From Trichoplax adhaerens (taxonomy: Eukaryota > Animalia > Placozoa), in assembly GCF_000150275.1 (NCBI RefSeq), contig NW_002060955.1:598886-662885 (forward strand): DNA of 64,000 nucleotides, given 5' to 3'. A program made the position numbers and the translations under genes. The notes beneath the pieces were generated by a model. The model was not told the origin of the DNA. It did no database searches and saw nothing but the letters and a program-made list of their open reading frames with translations. This document shows positions 44,201 to 59,200 of the stretch, piece after piece (positions within the stretch are counted from its first letter, which is position 1; each line of letters begins with the position of its first letter).

Positions 44201-47200
44201 TCCATTGTGATAGTAATGAATCCAGGTACTCTATTTTATCCTTAACTGCTTTATTCGTATTTGTCCATAAATTATTTAGTTGCTCTATCGCCTCCTTTAA
44301 GATATCAATATTCGCTTTATAAGTTTCTTTTCTTTGCAACTCTTCGCCAGTAGAGACAACATTATGAACTTTCAACGTATATGATCGTAGCTTATTTTCA
44401 TAGTCCTAAAGTCATTAATTTGATTTGGGAATCAGATATTTGAGTAAGATGCAAGGATGATAAAATTTATATATAAGTAAAAATATAAAACGAATGAAGA
44501 TAAGAGGGACTCGATAATTACTTAATATTGATTATAATTATAAGTCACCTGAACTTCATTTAATTGATTTTCAGCGCCATCAATATCATAGAAAGCGACA
44601 GATGGTAAATCAACTTTTCGTACTATATTTTCTAAGTCAGTCTTTATTATAAATCTTGTCCTGTCAAATTCAGGCCATTTCGACTTCTGTTGTTGATTAG
44701 CTGATGAACTTAATTTTTCATTTACTGAAATCTATTTCAATCGAGATAGTAATATTCGATTATGCTATTAATGTACTGTAAAACGTAACTTTTAGATATT
44801 AATTTATTGGGTTTAGAGTCTAAGAGGATCGATCTGTACGTGATTAAAGTTCGCAATAGGTACGTTCACACACATACAGAAATACAATTTGAATCCAAGT
44901 AAATTACCGTATGAAGTTCTTTTACAGACGTCGATAAGGATAGGATTATAAGCCAGCCATTGTGTATGTCTTTAATTTTATTACTTAATTCATTTATAAA
45001 ATCGCCATCTTCATCCTTTAATTCATTACCTTTCTCAATTATTGATTCAATGCGATCTTGACGTTCAGCAATTGATTTTGATAATAGCTACACAAAGAAG
45101 AACAAGTTTTATTTGCATGTAGAAAATCAATAACTATATGGAAGTTTATATACTGTACATAGTTTTAAGTTAATATTGTAATAGAGGTGTTGAAAGATAT
45201 TGGTAGTAGTTTAAATTATCAACCTCAACATCTTCTTTAGACAATTTATTTGTCTCACTGCTGCCTATATCGAGGAGATAATCTTTTGTTGCTAAAACCC
45301 AGTCGTAAATATCATCTAATTCGATTACGAAACGGCGCCAACTTTCCACCTTTTCTTCTAGTAGGCCACGCTGTCGTGGAATTTCAGAGCTAACTTTTTT
45401 CCATAAAGGATTTAAAGCATTTAGTTGTTCTTCTAGAACTTGCAATTCATTATCCGATGTTGCCTCGTTCATAATAATTTCTTGAGCACCTTCATTAATA
45501 ACTCTGATTTTCTCTTGACGTTGATCTAAATTAGACTCGATATCCTGGTATAAGGTACAAATGATATCATGACATAAAATAACAACAAAGCCATTCGGTA
45601 AAATATTTTAACGTATTAACAATTATATCATATCAGAATAGTACAACTTCCGTAACTCACCCAATACTTGTGTAGCAGCTCTTCTAAATCAACTAAATTA
45701 TTTGACCAAGCTCCCTCATTACGAATACAGATATCAATTTCTGATAGCCACATCATCATTTCAACGATTTGACTTTGTAACGTTCCCGATAGATCAGAGT
45801 TTGTATCATGTCTGTAACGTAAATAATAATGTCAATGGTTACGATAACTAATATAAATTGTATGGATAGGGTTAAGACAAGATTGTAAATTGCACAAATA
45901 GAATAAAATACAAGACTAACGGTAGGCTCTCATCGGTTAGAAAATTTTTGACATCATTCCATCGGCTATTCATTTTAACGAGTTCATCTTTTAGTGATTT
46001 GTCCTTCGTCAGTATTAAATTATTGGCAATTTCTCCACCACTGATGTTGATTCTATCAACAACGCTAGATCTGGTGTTTAAGCCATCTTCTAGTGTCTAT
46101 TGGATTCAAGAATATACAATCGGTTAAGCGTATAAGGTAATTTTCATTAATGAATAAAGTCTTAACAAGTGGGAGTGTTAGCATGATTTATTGTAGTTCG
46201 TACCTCCAAAATGGTATTTTTATCCTCATCATTTTCAGTAAATGATTCAATCATTTTTTCAGCGTAACCAAGCCATAAATTTGTGTGTTCAACATCATCA
46301 TGAAGTTGATTCCAAATATTTAAATCTTTATTCAATCTATAACGATGTGTTTCGTACTCAGCATTAATAATTTCGTAACTATGCAGCATTGCTTCATAAG
46401 CATCTTTAGCATCATCGACATCTTGAATATCCCACAATGGATATTCCTCGGTACTAGGTTCAACTAATTCTTGTAATTCTGTACCAATCTCCTGTAATAG
46501 TGATCCTACATTCTAAAATATACCAATACATAATAGCATTGACAAAATGATTTTAATTGCAAGCATGTCCAGTATATAACTGTTAATAAGGAATCAAAGG
46601 TAGATGGATACTTTTTATTGAAGATTTAAGGTCTTCAATGGAATTAATTGTAACTGTTAAATACCTGAAGTTTGATATCTTGTTTAACAATCTCAACAAA
46701 ACGAGGGAAACGAAGAACTTCTGCACATAATGATTCAGCTTGTGATATTCTACCAGTAAGTTCTTTGATTTTTTGAGATAATTTCTCCAACGTTAGAGTC
46801 TCGTCTTTAATCATAACGCTATCTTCTGTTTCATGAAGCGATCGACGAACACTAGCTTGCTCTACAATCGATTCTGATTATTTAAAAGCAAAGCATTATT
46901 AATATTCATGAATATGAGCATTATAGTATATCCTATTCTTCATTACACAGTTATTATTACTGGATTACAGTTTCAGGATGCAAGTCATGGAGGTACTCAC
47001 TGCATATAATGTTTTATGATTAAAATATGGATACATTACTTTATCGATCTGACCGATTAATACACGTAAATGCATCCTAAGTGAAACATCACGAGTATCT
47101 AAGTGAGATGATCTATTGTCATAATGAAAGGAAAAGTGTCTACAATGTCTACTTTAGAGTGTTATGTACAGTATCTATCATATATATTGCAAGACAGCAG

Positions 47201-50200
47201 GAAGATGCAATTTGCCAGCCTTCAAAAGTAATCCAACATTGAAATGAATAGCTCAGGAGTACGTAGAAATGTCAAAATTAAATTATTCTTCAGTTAACTG
47301 TCAAGCTTCCAGTAAGAATGGTAGCTTTTTTCCTTGTTGCTATAGCAATACGTATGTCAGCATCATGGAAATAGACTTATAATAAATGACAGCCTATTCA
47401 TACGTGTATAATTAAACATTTCACCACTGCCATATTATAATGCCATAGAGCAGGTTAATAAATTGAGGCAAATGATCAGAGAAAAAATAGCTGTCGGAAC
47501 AACGTCGATGGTACTTGAAATTCTTACTAAATCATTTCTATTCACAACGACTTGGCAATGTAAAGCGGCTATCTTAAATATATCAAATATTATTCGTCTA
47601 ATGGTGTAATAGAATGATATGATTAAACATAAATCAGTAGGCAGAAATAGGCCATTTTTTAATTCTTCGAGTGCCAGTCTATCCTTACGCGTACAGTATT
47701 GAGTATTTCAATGTGTTAATTTTATACACACTATTTTCCAAATCATTCGGAGATAATGATAAATGACTGTCCTCTATAATGATGAAAATCTTTTTTAAAA
47801 ATCCATACAACTAATTTTCTACGATGAAAAAATAAGAGGTGCAATTACTATGCACTTGCACTTGTTACTTCTCATCAATAATATACTCTTAATTTTCGTC
47901 CAAGAACGATCTTATATCTCGTTAACCTTAATTTAATTCCTAGAAATGACTACACTACCAGTTTAAAAGCTATGAATTAAATATTTTATTAGGTCTTAAT
48001 TTTACAGTACAGTATATGCATAGGATAGTCACCGATGATTCCGAGATTTCGAAATAAGTCAAAAAAGGTTAAAAGTCTTGCCATGATGGAAAGGACGATG
48101 AAGAATAATATATAATCCGTCAATGCTGTCAATCTCAATAGCACAACGATACTTGAAGAGGGTAAACGCAATAGTAATGCTGCGATTGATTAATTAATTA
48201 ATGTAATCGCTATTATTATCAAGACATTAAGAATGAATCTTATCTTTCTACGAACTTGTAGAATAATGCATAAATACATGATAAAAGGCTTCGAACATAA
48301 AATTTTCAACATTTTTTCAACTGTTATCTTCTTTTATCTTATTCTTGGTAACGAATGATTATTGGCAATTGGAAATATCAATGATAACATAATTGTAATC
48401 ATCCTGAACATTAATTTTTACTAGATAGTATGATTGTACTGTTACAGAGGGAACATCAAGTTGGATAAACAGCAATAGGGTGATCAAGAGCTGGAGAAAA
48501 GTTACCTGATGAAATGGAAAAGATGTAAGCATTTACTCTTCCAGGAAGTTGAATTAGTAGCAACTAAGATACGATGACAGTATACTGGACTAATTATAGT
48601 GTTTGCGTTGGTCATAGCGAGACCATATGCTTTCCCAATGCAATTATCATCTATATGCAAGCATAGCTGTGGAATCCATGCTGTGGGAATGGCATTGACT
48701 AGAATAAAAGATATGACATCCAGCTAATATGATAATGTGGTTTAGCCTTGTAAATTGACTACTAATAATTCTTCCATACAGTCTAATAATTAATAAATGA
48801 ATTAATAAATCTGATTGTAGTTCAGTACCATATATCTTGGCTTTCATTTGGAGACCTTTCATAATGGCTAAAATATGCTCAGTCAATCGCGATATGTTAC
48901 TCTACAACTACATCGTACAAGGACGAAATTAAAGTATGGGCACTCTTTTGCAGTCTCTGCCATTACGCTAAAAACATAATTTGGATTGATTAGTAGAACA
49001 GGGATCCCTTCATCACGATATGAAAGAGTAAACAGCAAATGGAATAGATTAAATTTTTTCTCGGCCAATCGGAGCATAGGTAATAAATAAGGGAATAAGC
49101 AAGTTTACCTTTAAAAGAAATATTGACTGTCACGATTGAAGGCGGTTATTCTACTGCATAAAGTATTCCACCACGTTAATTTTAGAAATTGAATCTGCTT
49201 CTAGACGACGAAATGGACAAGCATGGAGTTGTAACATCTCTGCACTATTTTACACCTGCAGTTAAAAAACGCCTGGATCGAATTCCGTTCAAATGCAATG
49301 CCCCGAGGCCTAAGTACTCCCTGAGTATTCTATCGTAAAATGAATCCGTATCCATCTATTTATTTTATCTCTGTAAAGCCAACTACCCCATTCATCAATA
49401 ATACCTTTAACTTATTGCCTTATCCCTTGGATTTGCTACTTTCTACTCTCCAATCGTCAGTACCATTGATCGTCTCAATATGTAATCCCCTCGAGGCGGA
49501 ATGCACACATAGGTATTTAACCGACTGTCTCTATTCAATTTGTCATGATCAATTAATTTAATTCCTAAGTACAAAATCGAACATGGCTACTTTTTAAGCT
49601 TGTTGTTAGGATTATAAGCTTTCGTCGTTGCAGATTCAATGCACCAACTGTAGAATTATGGCCTAATAAGACCAGTAGCTAATAACTAAAGCTAGAAAAT
49701 ACTCGTCGTTGAATGTCATCTGGCCGTATCTAAATTCTAATATTCAAAATCGGAACTTTCAGCTTCAATTTTTACCTACCCAATCTACCTAACAGATTTG
49801 AATTCACGATCGGGACTCGATGCTTCGATGATCTTACCATGAGATCCTCGATTAGTATTCGTAACGCGCAATTAATAAAAAAAATCAAGATGTTTATCAA
49901 CACATCTGCAATTTTCGTGCATAATTTAGCACTTTGTACTTCCCACGGTAAGGTGAAATCTAGCTATAGTGTGCTAACTTGCTTTTATTGCGCGATGGAA
50001 CAGTCTAAAACGTAATCACTCTCCTTCTCTTACCCTTGATGCATTGTAGTGGATAATGCTAATCATCGATATATTTTGGTCTATATTTTAATATGGCAGT
50101 ACATTCTATCATCATCATCATATAGAGCGTACATAGATGGAGGATAAAATTATACAAAGATAATCACGTAACATGTCTGATGAAGAATCCCCAATCAAAA

Positions 50201-53200
50201 TGGCTTGTGTACTGCACTGTAATGGTTAGTAAGTATACTCTAAGTAGAGATCGATTATAAACCCTTGTTGTTGAGGATAAAGTGTATTACAGGAGGAAAC
50301 TACGAAATGAAGAAGGTGAATCAAAAATCATCTTCTTTACACCAGGCATAAATTGGATGATGAGATATACTACAGAGGATTGAATATAGCCCTTGTAGAT
50401 TTTCCCCTATCAAATTATAAGCGTATTACTACAGAAGTGAAAAGAGGATCATGACTGCAATGCTCAATAGGATCAAATTTAAACCTTTCCATCATTCATT
50501 GCTGTTGATATTCGTATCTTCACACCTTACTGTCATTAGGTAAATTGGGTTAAATCGCTATTTCAGTCCTATGCACTAGCTGAGATATGCAACTGTCCAG
50601 CATATGTAAGTAGTAAAATGAGCGAGTTTAAACAATGTGTTGGCGTAGTACGGGTTTAGAAAAATAATTCCATGAATTTACAGCAATCGTCCTGTCATGA
50701 ACATAGAAACTTAACCGATGGAGTGCTGGATTTAGAAATGCTATGCAATCCAGTCGTAGTACATCTTTACACATCAATAAAAATAAATAAATAGATAAAT
50801 AAATAAATCGATAAATAAATAACTAAATGTACGGCCCAAAAGTAATATAGTGATGGCAGTAGAGGTGATCCAATCGGGTAGCGTAATAGCTTGATAGGCA
50901 GTAGTAGTTTATAAATGTGATGACAATGAACAATCATGAAATCTTCTCTAACAACAACCCAATAACAGTGCATAATTATAATCAGTAGCAACAACAAAGA
51001 TGTTTTGGCTTAGCAAGAAAAGAGAACTTTCCCATATTCCTACGTATTTACAAAGAGTAGGCTATGCACTTAAGTTACTAAGAAGATGATCTTCATTTCT
51101 AATATCTTGAAGAAGAATTGTATATATGTCTGACTGTTGTTGATAACGAGAAAAATGGTTTTGGTATCCATGGGTAAACTTGCACAATATATTAGTAGAG
51201 CAAAAAGTGATGTTTTAGTCAATGAGAACGATATTCCATATCTGCAGTACAGTATAGTATGTAGGATACTATATTATGGATTTATACCACGATGGAGGGA
51301 TTCTAATTTTCTTAACAAGTGGCAAGAAATAGAGATGCCTGACTATTGTATGTCTGGTACACATGAACGATCATTTTTGCCCTGGCTTACCTGCAAGGGA
51401 TACTTCCATAATCATTTGGAGGTCACTGATAGATGTTTCAACAGCTTCATCGAATTCTTCCGGACGAAAGTAGCGCAAAACAGATTTAAATTGCTTAATT
51501 ATTGATGTAATTTCTCCGCTATACATCGAAGCGGCAGCACTTTCGTAAATTTCAGCAATTTCTTGACACAAAGTAGCAAATTTTATCTTGTATTCTGGAA
51601 TTTGTTTTTCAATTTCCTAAATAACGAATGCATAAGAATAAACGTGCACAAACTCATGGCATAGGTGTATACTTTAATACTTCTATTAATTACAGTCTAT
51701 ACAGTAAGCGAACAAATATACTTCCAAGTTTAATATTTATCCGTATATCAACATGTAGGCTACTTTCAACACTTTATAGCCTACCTTTGCACGAGTAGAA
51801 TCATTCACGGTGCGTGCAATGCTAATGGCTACTTCAGCTTTGCTCAGCCAATCAGTAAAGAAACTAAGATCGCCGCGCACTTTTCGATAGAGTTCAATAA
51901 TTTTAGCAAATTTTGCAAATCGATTTTGTACGTCTAACGTATCCCATTTATCTTGCAACATATTTAATCTAGCCATTTCCTCTTTGACGGCATCATCCCG
52001 AGATTTTTTGTCAGCCTCGTCAATGCTAGCTTTCAGATCAGCAAATTTGGTGGGCACACTTTCTAACAACTGCTTAGTATTCTATAATCAGAAAAGAAAA
52101 TAATGGTCAAATCAACTCGAATTATTTCATTATACAATTATTGGGCACTACTTGCAGTATGTTAATCATATAATGCCATTCAACGATAGTAACTTATTGA
52201 ATCATGATACATACTATTACCTTGACGTTATAATCAACTTTGGATATATCTTGGAGGTACTGCCTGTTTAATGTCTTGAAAGACAATAGAGCATTAACGG
52301 TGGTGATATCATCTTCAATTTGATCGATATTTGAACTTAATTGCTTCTTCTTCTCAACAAGGAATAATTTATCTGTTAGTGATTGCCACAACAGATCAGT
52401 TATAGCCATGTCTTCTTCAAGGACTTTATTAACACCTTTCCTTTGGACAAATAGTAACGTCTTCTCGCCAAGATCATCGACAACACGTTGAAGATTTTGA
52501 TACTCATCAAGAATATCCTGTTCATGTATGTAAAAATTTATTAACCTCTATGAAGATCGAAGGTATCATTCAAAAAGGCTCACAAGCTACAAGAATATTG
52601 CATCAAAACATAGTTCTACTGATTAATATACTTACAAGCAATTTATTTTCGGCAATATCATAAGTAAGTTGGCTAAGAAGCTTTTCTATTTCGTCGCTAA
52701 GATTTTTACGCTCCTTCTTTGATTCCTTCATAAACTGAACGTACTCCTGCAGGTAAACTCGCATTCCGACGCATTTATCGTTAATATCTGAAATCTGCTT
52801 CTTAAAGGTTTGAATATGAGTTCGTAAGGAATCCAAACTCTCTGCTTCAGCCATATTGGCTAATACGCTACTTTTCTGATCAAACTCGTTAAATCTAATT
52901 TGCCATTTAATGATTTGATGTTGTATTGCCTAAAAAAGAAATCGCGAGACAATCACAAAGACTGAAATAATATTTAATTCAATTGGATGACCTACATTAT
53001 TAAAATTTTTACGAAACTCCATCATTAGCATGATTACCAATTTCCACTGTACTACTAGGAGTTCTTTAAGAGATGAACTTACTATCCTGACAAAGTTGTT
53101 GCATTACCTTACTCCATTCCAAATCTTCTTCGGATTGATCTAGTCTTTGGGCATAATCTTTTCTTTCATTAAGTTGTTTATCAGTTTCACTAAGCCAACT

Positions 53201-56200
53201 ATGCAATTCATCACTTTCTTTAGAGCATAAATCGGCTATCGTGAACGCGGTCTCGAAAAATTTAATTTTGTTGTCAATTTTGCTATTTAATGATTGCCAA
53301 TAGCTCTTTAATTTGTTGACCTGTACTTCAACATCAGCAACATTTAATTTTTCTTTAGCAGCAATTTTAGAAGGGCTTCCAATAAGAAGTGTTTGCTGAA
53401 TATCGGTTTCTATGTCGGCTAGGCCTGATTTTAATACCTATAGATGTGGTATATAATGATGAAAAAAATTAGAGTATCAATGATAGTGGCGCTTATCTAG
53501 CAATTATATGTTTTGCTACATTGAGGAAAAATGCATAAAGTTCGTTTACTTACACGACAACGTTCCAAATAAGATGTAATACAATCAGTATCAGCGCTAG
53601 TTAACTTAATTGAATCCAGTGTACTCTTTGTCGATTTGAGAAATGAATCCAAGGTGGAAATCTTTAGAAAAAAATCGGAAGCTTTGTGATAATCCTGGTG
53701 ACCTGCTGTAATTTTTTGCCAGCGTTGTTTCAACTGATCCAGTTGATTGGATAAATAGCAGTTATTTTTTTTCTGTTGCGGTGATCGCTTTAATACTTTT
53801 AAAATCATTTCTTGTGATGTAGTAACCAATCCTTCATACTTGAGAAATTCGGCGTTTGTCTAAGGAATGAATATATTTTACCATATAAATGCAGAAGTAT
53901 TGTAAACAGGGTATCGCGTAAGAATGTTATGTTGAAATTTTTAATTTTCCTACCTCTTCCATCCTTTCAACGGAACTAGTAATGGGTGTTTTATAGGTTG
54001 TTTCCATTTGATCGCACCATTTAAAAATTTTGTTTAACTCAGTCTCAATCAGTTGAGTCTGCTTGAGGACTTCTGATAGATTGGATGTGGCGGTCTGACT
54101 CTCTGTATAAACAAATTGCCAATGGCTTCGAAGACTATTCAACTTGTGATTTACTGTACTAAGGTAGTGATCATTGTCGAGGGATTTTACAAGATCTTTC
54201 GCATGTTTTTCAACATCATCAAAGCATCGACAAGGATGACCTTCTAGTAATTCCTTTAACAGCTAAACGATTTCGTCGTGGTAAAAAACATGTTAAAAGC
54301 TAATAATCTGTAGTAATAAACGCTAATGATGATATTAGCTATAAATAACGATCAAAGTGATTATACTATGCATACCTGAACATGCTGACCTACAATACGA
54401 TAACTACCGCCAATGTGATCTGTTGCTCTGGTAGTAAATTCCTTTAGATTTACTATCCAGCTGTTTTCTTTATCAAGGAATCTATGGAAACTCTCCATTT
54501 GCACTAGTTGTTCTTTCAACCTTAATAGTTCATCGCGTACATGATTGACTTGTTGATTTACGATATCAGTATGATCTAAATGGTTGACACTGCCAAGATC
54601 TTTTAATGAATGTCCTACGGTTTGCATTACTTCTAACTGGGATTTCAATTCTGTTGTTATAATATTCTAAAGTGATCCAATCAGAAATGACTGTTATTTA
54701 GAGAAATTCACAGTGTACATTATAATTAATAGATATGCTTACTTTCAGCTATCTTACAGAGCGAACGATAATAGAATTAGTGAAAATAATATATTTTGAC
54801 TGAAGATCATGGATGAGAGGTCTAGAATTAGTTAGAATTTGTGAATTGACGATTTAATAAAAGTCCTGGAATAGGATGATCTTTCCTTGTAGTGTTACAC
54901 GAACATTTCTACCTGCAGCTTCGAGAACTCCGAAAGTGCCAAAAGCAAATGTAGCATAATGTTACTTTGAAATAGCAACATGTTAACTCAAATCATTACT
55001 TTGCTGCTGAACATAGTGATCCAATAAAATCAGGGCAGCCATAAACTGTAGATTTAGGATTACAACATTTGCAAGGGAAAACTTTCACTCAACGCATTTC
55101 TAATTAAGACTACCAAGTTGGCCGACCATCTGTCTGAACTGAATTGAAATGATAAAGTTATTCAATTTCTAAATCATAAGATCGACTTGATACGTTTAAT
55201 ACTACAGTACCCCCAATCTCCTATGGAAAATTGCACTGGAATGCTGCTGCCGATGTACAGCATATCTAAGTATTTGTAGGGTGCATCGAGAGGAGTCATT
55301 ATTTCTTTATATCAATGTTGAATTAATTTTTTTAGTATGAGAATAAATGACCTTATTGTAAGTTGAAATCTTGTGAGCCTAAGTTACACACGTGTAGTGT
55401 GGATTTAAAATATGGTTAAGGAGCAAGAAGAAACCTTTCTTCTTGCTCTACTTCATTAGGCAGGTCAAAAAAAAATCAGTAGCACTTTTATAGTTCATAA
55501 ATTACTCACGTTGCTTATTTGCCTGCCTATTAGAATCATTAAAATGAAGTTGACAAATAGGATGGACAATTGGCAACATAGGCTGTATTATCGGAAATAT
55601 GGCTTATGAATCATAGGTAAGTACTGGTAGAAAATTCTTATAACGCTATACATCATAAGAATGACATTTTAGCTCAGATCATTGATTTTCTATGGACAGT
55701 TATAAGTACTTTAGATTCATTACCATCATGGAGTAATCTTTATTTCGTTACTTTAATGTTAACTCTTCACTACCGTCGTAAATGAAGATGTTTCTGTAAG
55801 TATTTAATGTTACATTTATGGTAATGTTATTCTTGAATATATTTTCTTAAGTAAATAAAATTGATTTTTGGTAGGTGGTAGTATCCAGTAAGTAATACAA
55901 GAAGACTCAAAAGTTCATTATATTAATGAGAGGGTCGAAAGAAGTTTTTTATATACGCGTATAGCCATTGGAAAAGCTTGTCACGATCTCGGTCGATAGT
56001 TGTATTAAGTTCGGCCAAAGTCTTGATTGTAGCATAAGAATTTATCAACCAACTCTCCGCTCTATTCATTGATCTACAAATATCGTTTTGCCATTCTACT
56101 AGATAAATAGACCAAGTTATATTTACAGTTTGTACCCCTATAATGATGGGATCGCCAGGATCATTGACAATCGTCTATTTTTTTAGTTACTGTATAGACT

Positions 56201-59200
56201 ATAGGCTTAAGTAATGTCTAGTTGAAGGTGATTATATAATCTTGATATTGGGCAAGTTGCATCGAAGCTGGTCTAACTGGTCAACAGATGCCATAGAAAT
56301 AGGAGAGCATATTGAATTTGTTAACTTAAGGAAGTGAAAATTTACATAAGCTATTATTCTTCAAGCTAGCGTGTATATGCAAGTCTATTTAATGCTCTAT
56401 TACTCATATTAGTATTATGAAGAACGTTTGCATAAGTGCATCCTTGACTGTCTGACTTTACTTCAAGAGCTTTACATCAAAATGCATATTTGTCGTGACC
56501 AAATATGAGGGATTCATTTCATAAATAGCTATAACAAACTTTCATATTATTATTATTATCCACTCTACCACAGTGTCTTCATCGAAAGAGAGTGCTGACA
56601 GGCTTGTTTCTTTCTTATCGTCTTAACTGCAATCGCTATAGTTATTCCATGTTAATGATGGAAAAAACTTATTTCATGTATTCATTCTTTCTCGCAAAGT
56701 TGCCATACAATCATGTTCCAGTCTACTAGAGGGTCTTAATCTAAAGAAAGAGGTTGATCAAGTTGGATTTTTCTACATTGTGGAGGAGTGAATTTGGCAT
56801 AACTATTCTCCACGATATACTATATCTCTCTATTGTAAGCCCCCGTTGGACGAGACCGATCTATCCATTTCATCCATTACCTATACTAAACTCCGCTCAT
56901 GATTATCCTATAATCTACGGAAGTATCCTAATCGTAAGAAAGTGTTTACAGACTCGATGGACACATTTTGGGAATCCAATTAGCATGACTCTTCCTGACG
57001 CCATCTGGTAATCATGTTGCTACAGTACATCAAGCTCCTGTACAATTAATCTGCATTACTGGAGTAGGTTGATCCCTAGAAAGTGTCGATAGAGTTGTTT
57101 TTTTCCATGTTTAGCGTGAAATAGTTACGGTTGTTGGTCAAGATGTTGAAAATGAGGATAGTCACAGGTGAAGAATCACCATAGAAACACCATGGCATGG
57201 GATGTTACTGGCTATGGGCTAAGTAGCGTAACTTGTGATTAATGCATCGACAAGCTCTTTCCTGTTATTTAGCATTACTACTAGAATGGAATGAAATTAC
57301 TACAAGACTGTAGTAATACTCTTCCAAATGGATCCTGATCACGATATCGAGAAATCTTACCAACGTCGACGATTGGATTGTAAAAGCTAGATGCAAGATT
57401 GATTTTCAAACGGCCTTCTTACTATAGACTGATAGCGTTGTGGTTGTGTTACTATATTAGTAGGTAGACAGTAGCATGAAATCACGACTGTCTAGTCAAT
57501 AAATGCCACTCATCAATGCCTATCGAGAATAATACTACCACTGGATGGATATTACTGACTCTCCTTACCTCGATATCCGCTAATTTGGCTAGTGTTGTCT
57601 CCAAACTACTAACATCAGCATTTGGATGGAGGACATTGCTTTGGGTCATTTCCATCCACTGGCGTACAGCGTTCATTTTTCCTTCTGAATCCTAAAGTAG
57701 ATGAATTGACAAGATTAATAGGATGCTACAAGAGCCACAAATTCAATCAGCTTGCTTGAATATCCAATTTTACAGGCAAATATTGATTTTAAGGCAAGTT
57801 TGCAATGGACTTTCCCTCCATAACTGCAGCGTGGGTCGTCAACAAGTGGACAAATTAACTCGATATTGGCACAAGGAAATTTTGTCCCCATCGAGCATTG
57901 AACTAGACTGCCAACTGTAGTCATGACTAAAACACTACCCTCTTAACGCCTCAACGTCCATCGTCATGGCCTTGCCAGTGGCAAAACGTAAACGATCACT
58001 TTGATAACTCTACAGTATAGCAATAAATCAACGTATGATACACTATACTAGCCACCAATCACATTTATATCCAAGCTCAATCTCAACAAGATTGCACAGC
58101 TGGACTTGGACTGCACCTCCATCATTCGGCAATGGCATGGGATAATGTCCCTTTGAAGATATTTATTTTTGCTTTAATTGCTCATCATGGTGTCAGCCAT
58201 GATAATAAATATTATTGCATAGGGAGCACCAACGTTACTGTCCTTAAATTTATAAATGATGACCTCGTCCACAGCGGTATCACTGCATGCATTTGCTATC
58301 GATGATGGCGTCTGCAGGTTGTTGAGAAAGTATGCGATGTTGATTTTTGCAAATAATGCTCATCATGGCGTCAATCACGATAATAAATACTATTGCATAG
58401 GGAGCACCAACATTACTGTCCTTAAATTCATCAATGATGGCCTCGTCCACAGCGGTATCACTGCATGCATTTGCAATCGATGATGGCGTGTGAGGGGTTG
58501 TCGAGAATGTATGCGATGTTAATTTTTGCAAATAATGCTCATCATGGCGTCGATCATGATAATACAGTAAATTCTATTGCATAGGGACCACCAACGTTAC
58601 TGTCCTTAAATTTGTAAATGATTACCTCGTCTACAGCAGTATCATTGCATGCATTTGCAATCGATGATGGCGTGTGAGGGGTTATCGAGAATGGATGCGA
58701 TGTTGATTTTTGCAAATAATGCTCACTATGGCGTCTGTCATGATAATGAACAACAATCTTCGTGAATATTCCTAGTGACACTACCATACACATTACACAA
58801 TGGAAATCAATTAAAATATCTAGTCAAGAGTGGTATTCTACAGCTTCTTAAGCCATATTGAAAAAGGGGTCGCTGGTGGATGCATGCTGACAGGTCTACA
58901 CAGGCGAAAAGCCATCTAGAATCTGCTCAGCTCTTGCATTTGTCAACAGCATCGACAAATGCTACTAAATGGGCGTACCGTAGTAGCAAGCATAAAGTAA
59001 GATCATAAACTACAATCATGATTAGTGCTGTGCTACAGCACATTTCTCAAGATTATCGTGATGAGATAGACAGCAGGCATGATTAAAGGATGGCATTCGT
59101 TCTAGCGGATGTACTGTATTGCCGACAAATGGAATACAAAATTCATGTGGCCATGATAAAAGTAGAATAAGATAGATAACTACAGTAGTTATCAATGCTA

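Noticed and set aside
49805-49855. Imperfect hairpin as a pre-miRNA
   Set aside because: The stem is short and bulged, with no supporting evidence.
51391-51405. GTATCCCT as a second U12 donor in dystrophin
   Set aside because: Imperfect match; the adjacent CAG|GTAAGC donor gives the correct phase 1 join to 46874.
43031-51505. Plus-strand ORFs 43031..43384, 44086..44322, 51137..51505 (also 16201..16413, 17451..17777)
   Set aside because: Antisense shadows of dystrophin or FANCB exons.
58340-58550. Box C (ATGATGA) snoRNA cluster or hammerhead on the minus strand
   Set aside because: No consistent box D (CTGA) or terminal stem; hammerhead positions C3 and G12 are wrong and stem I cannot pair.
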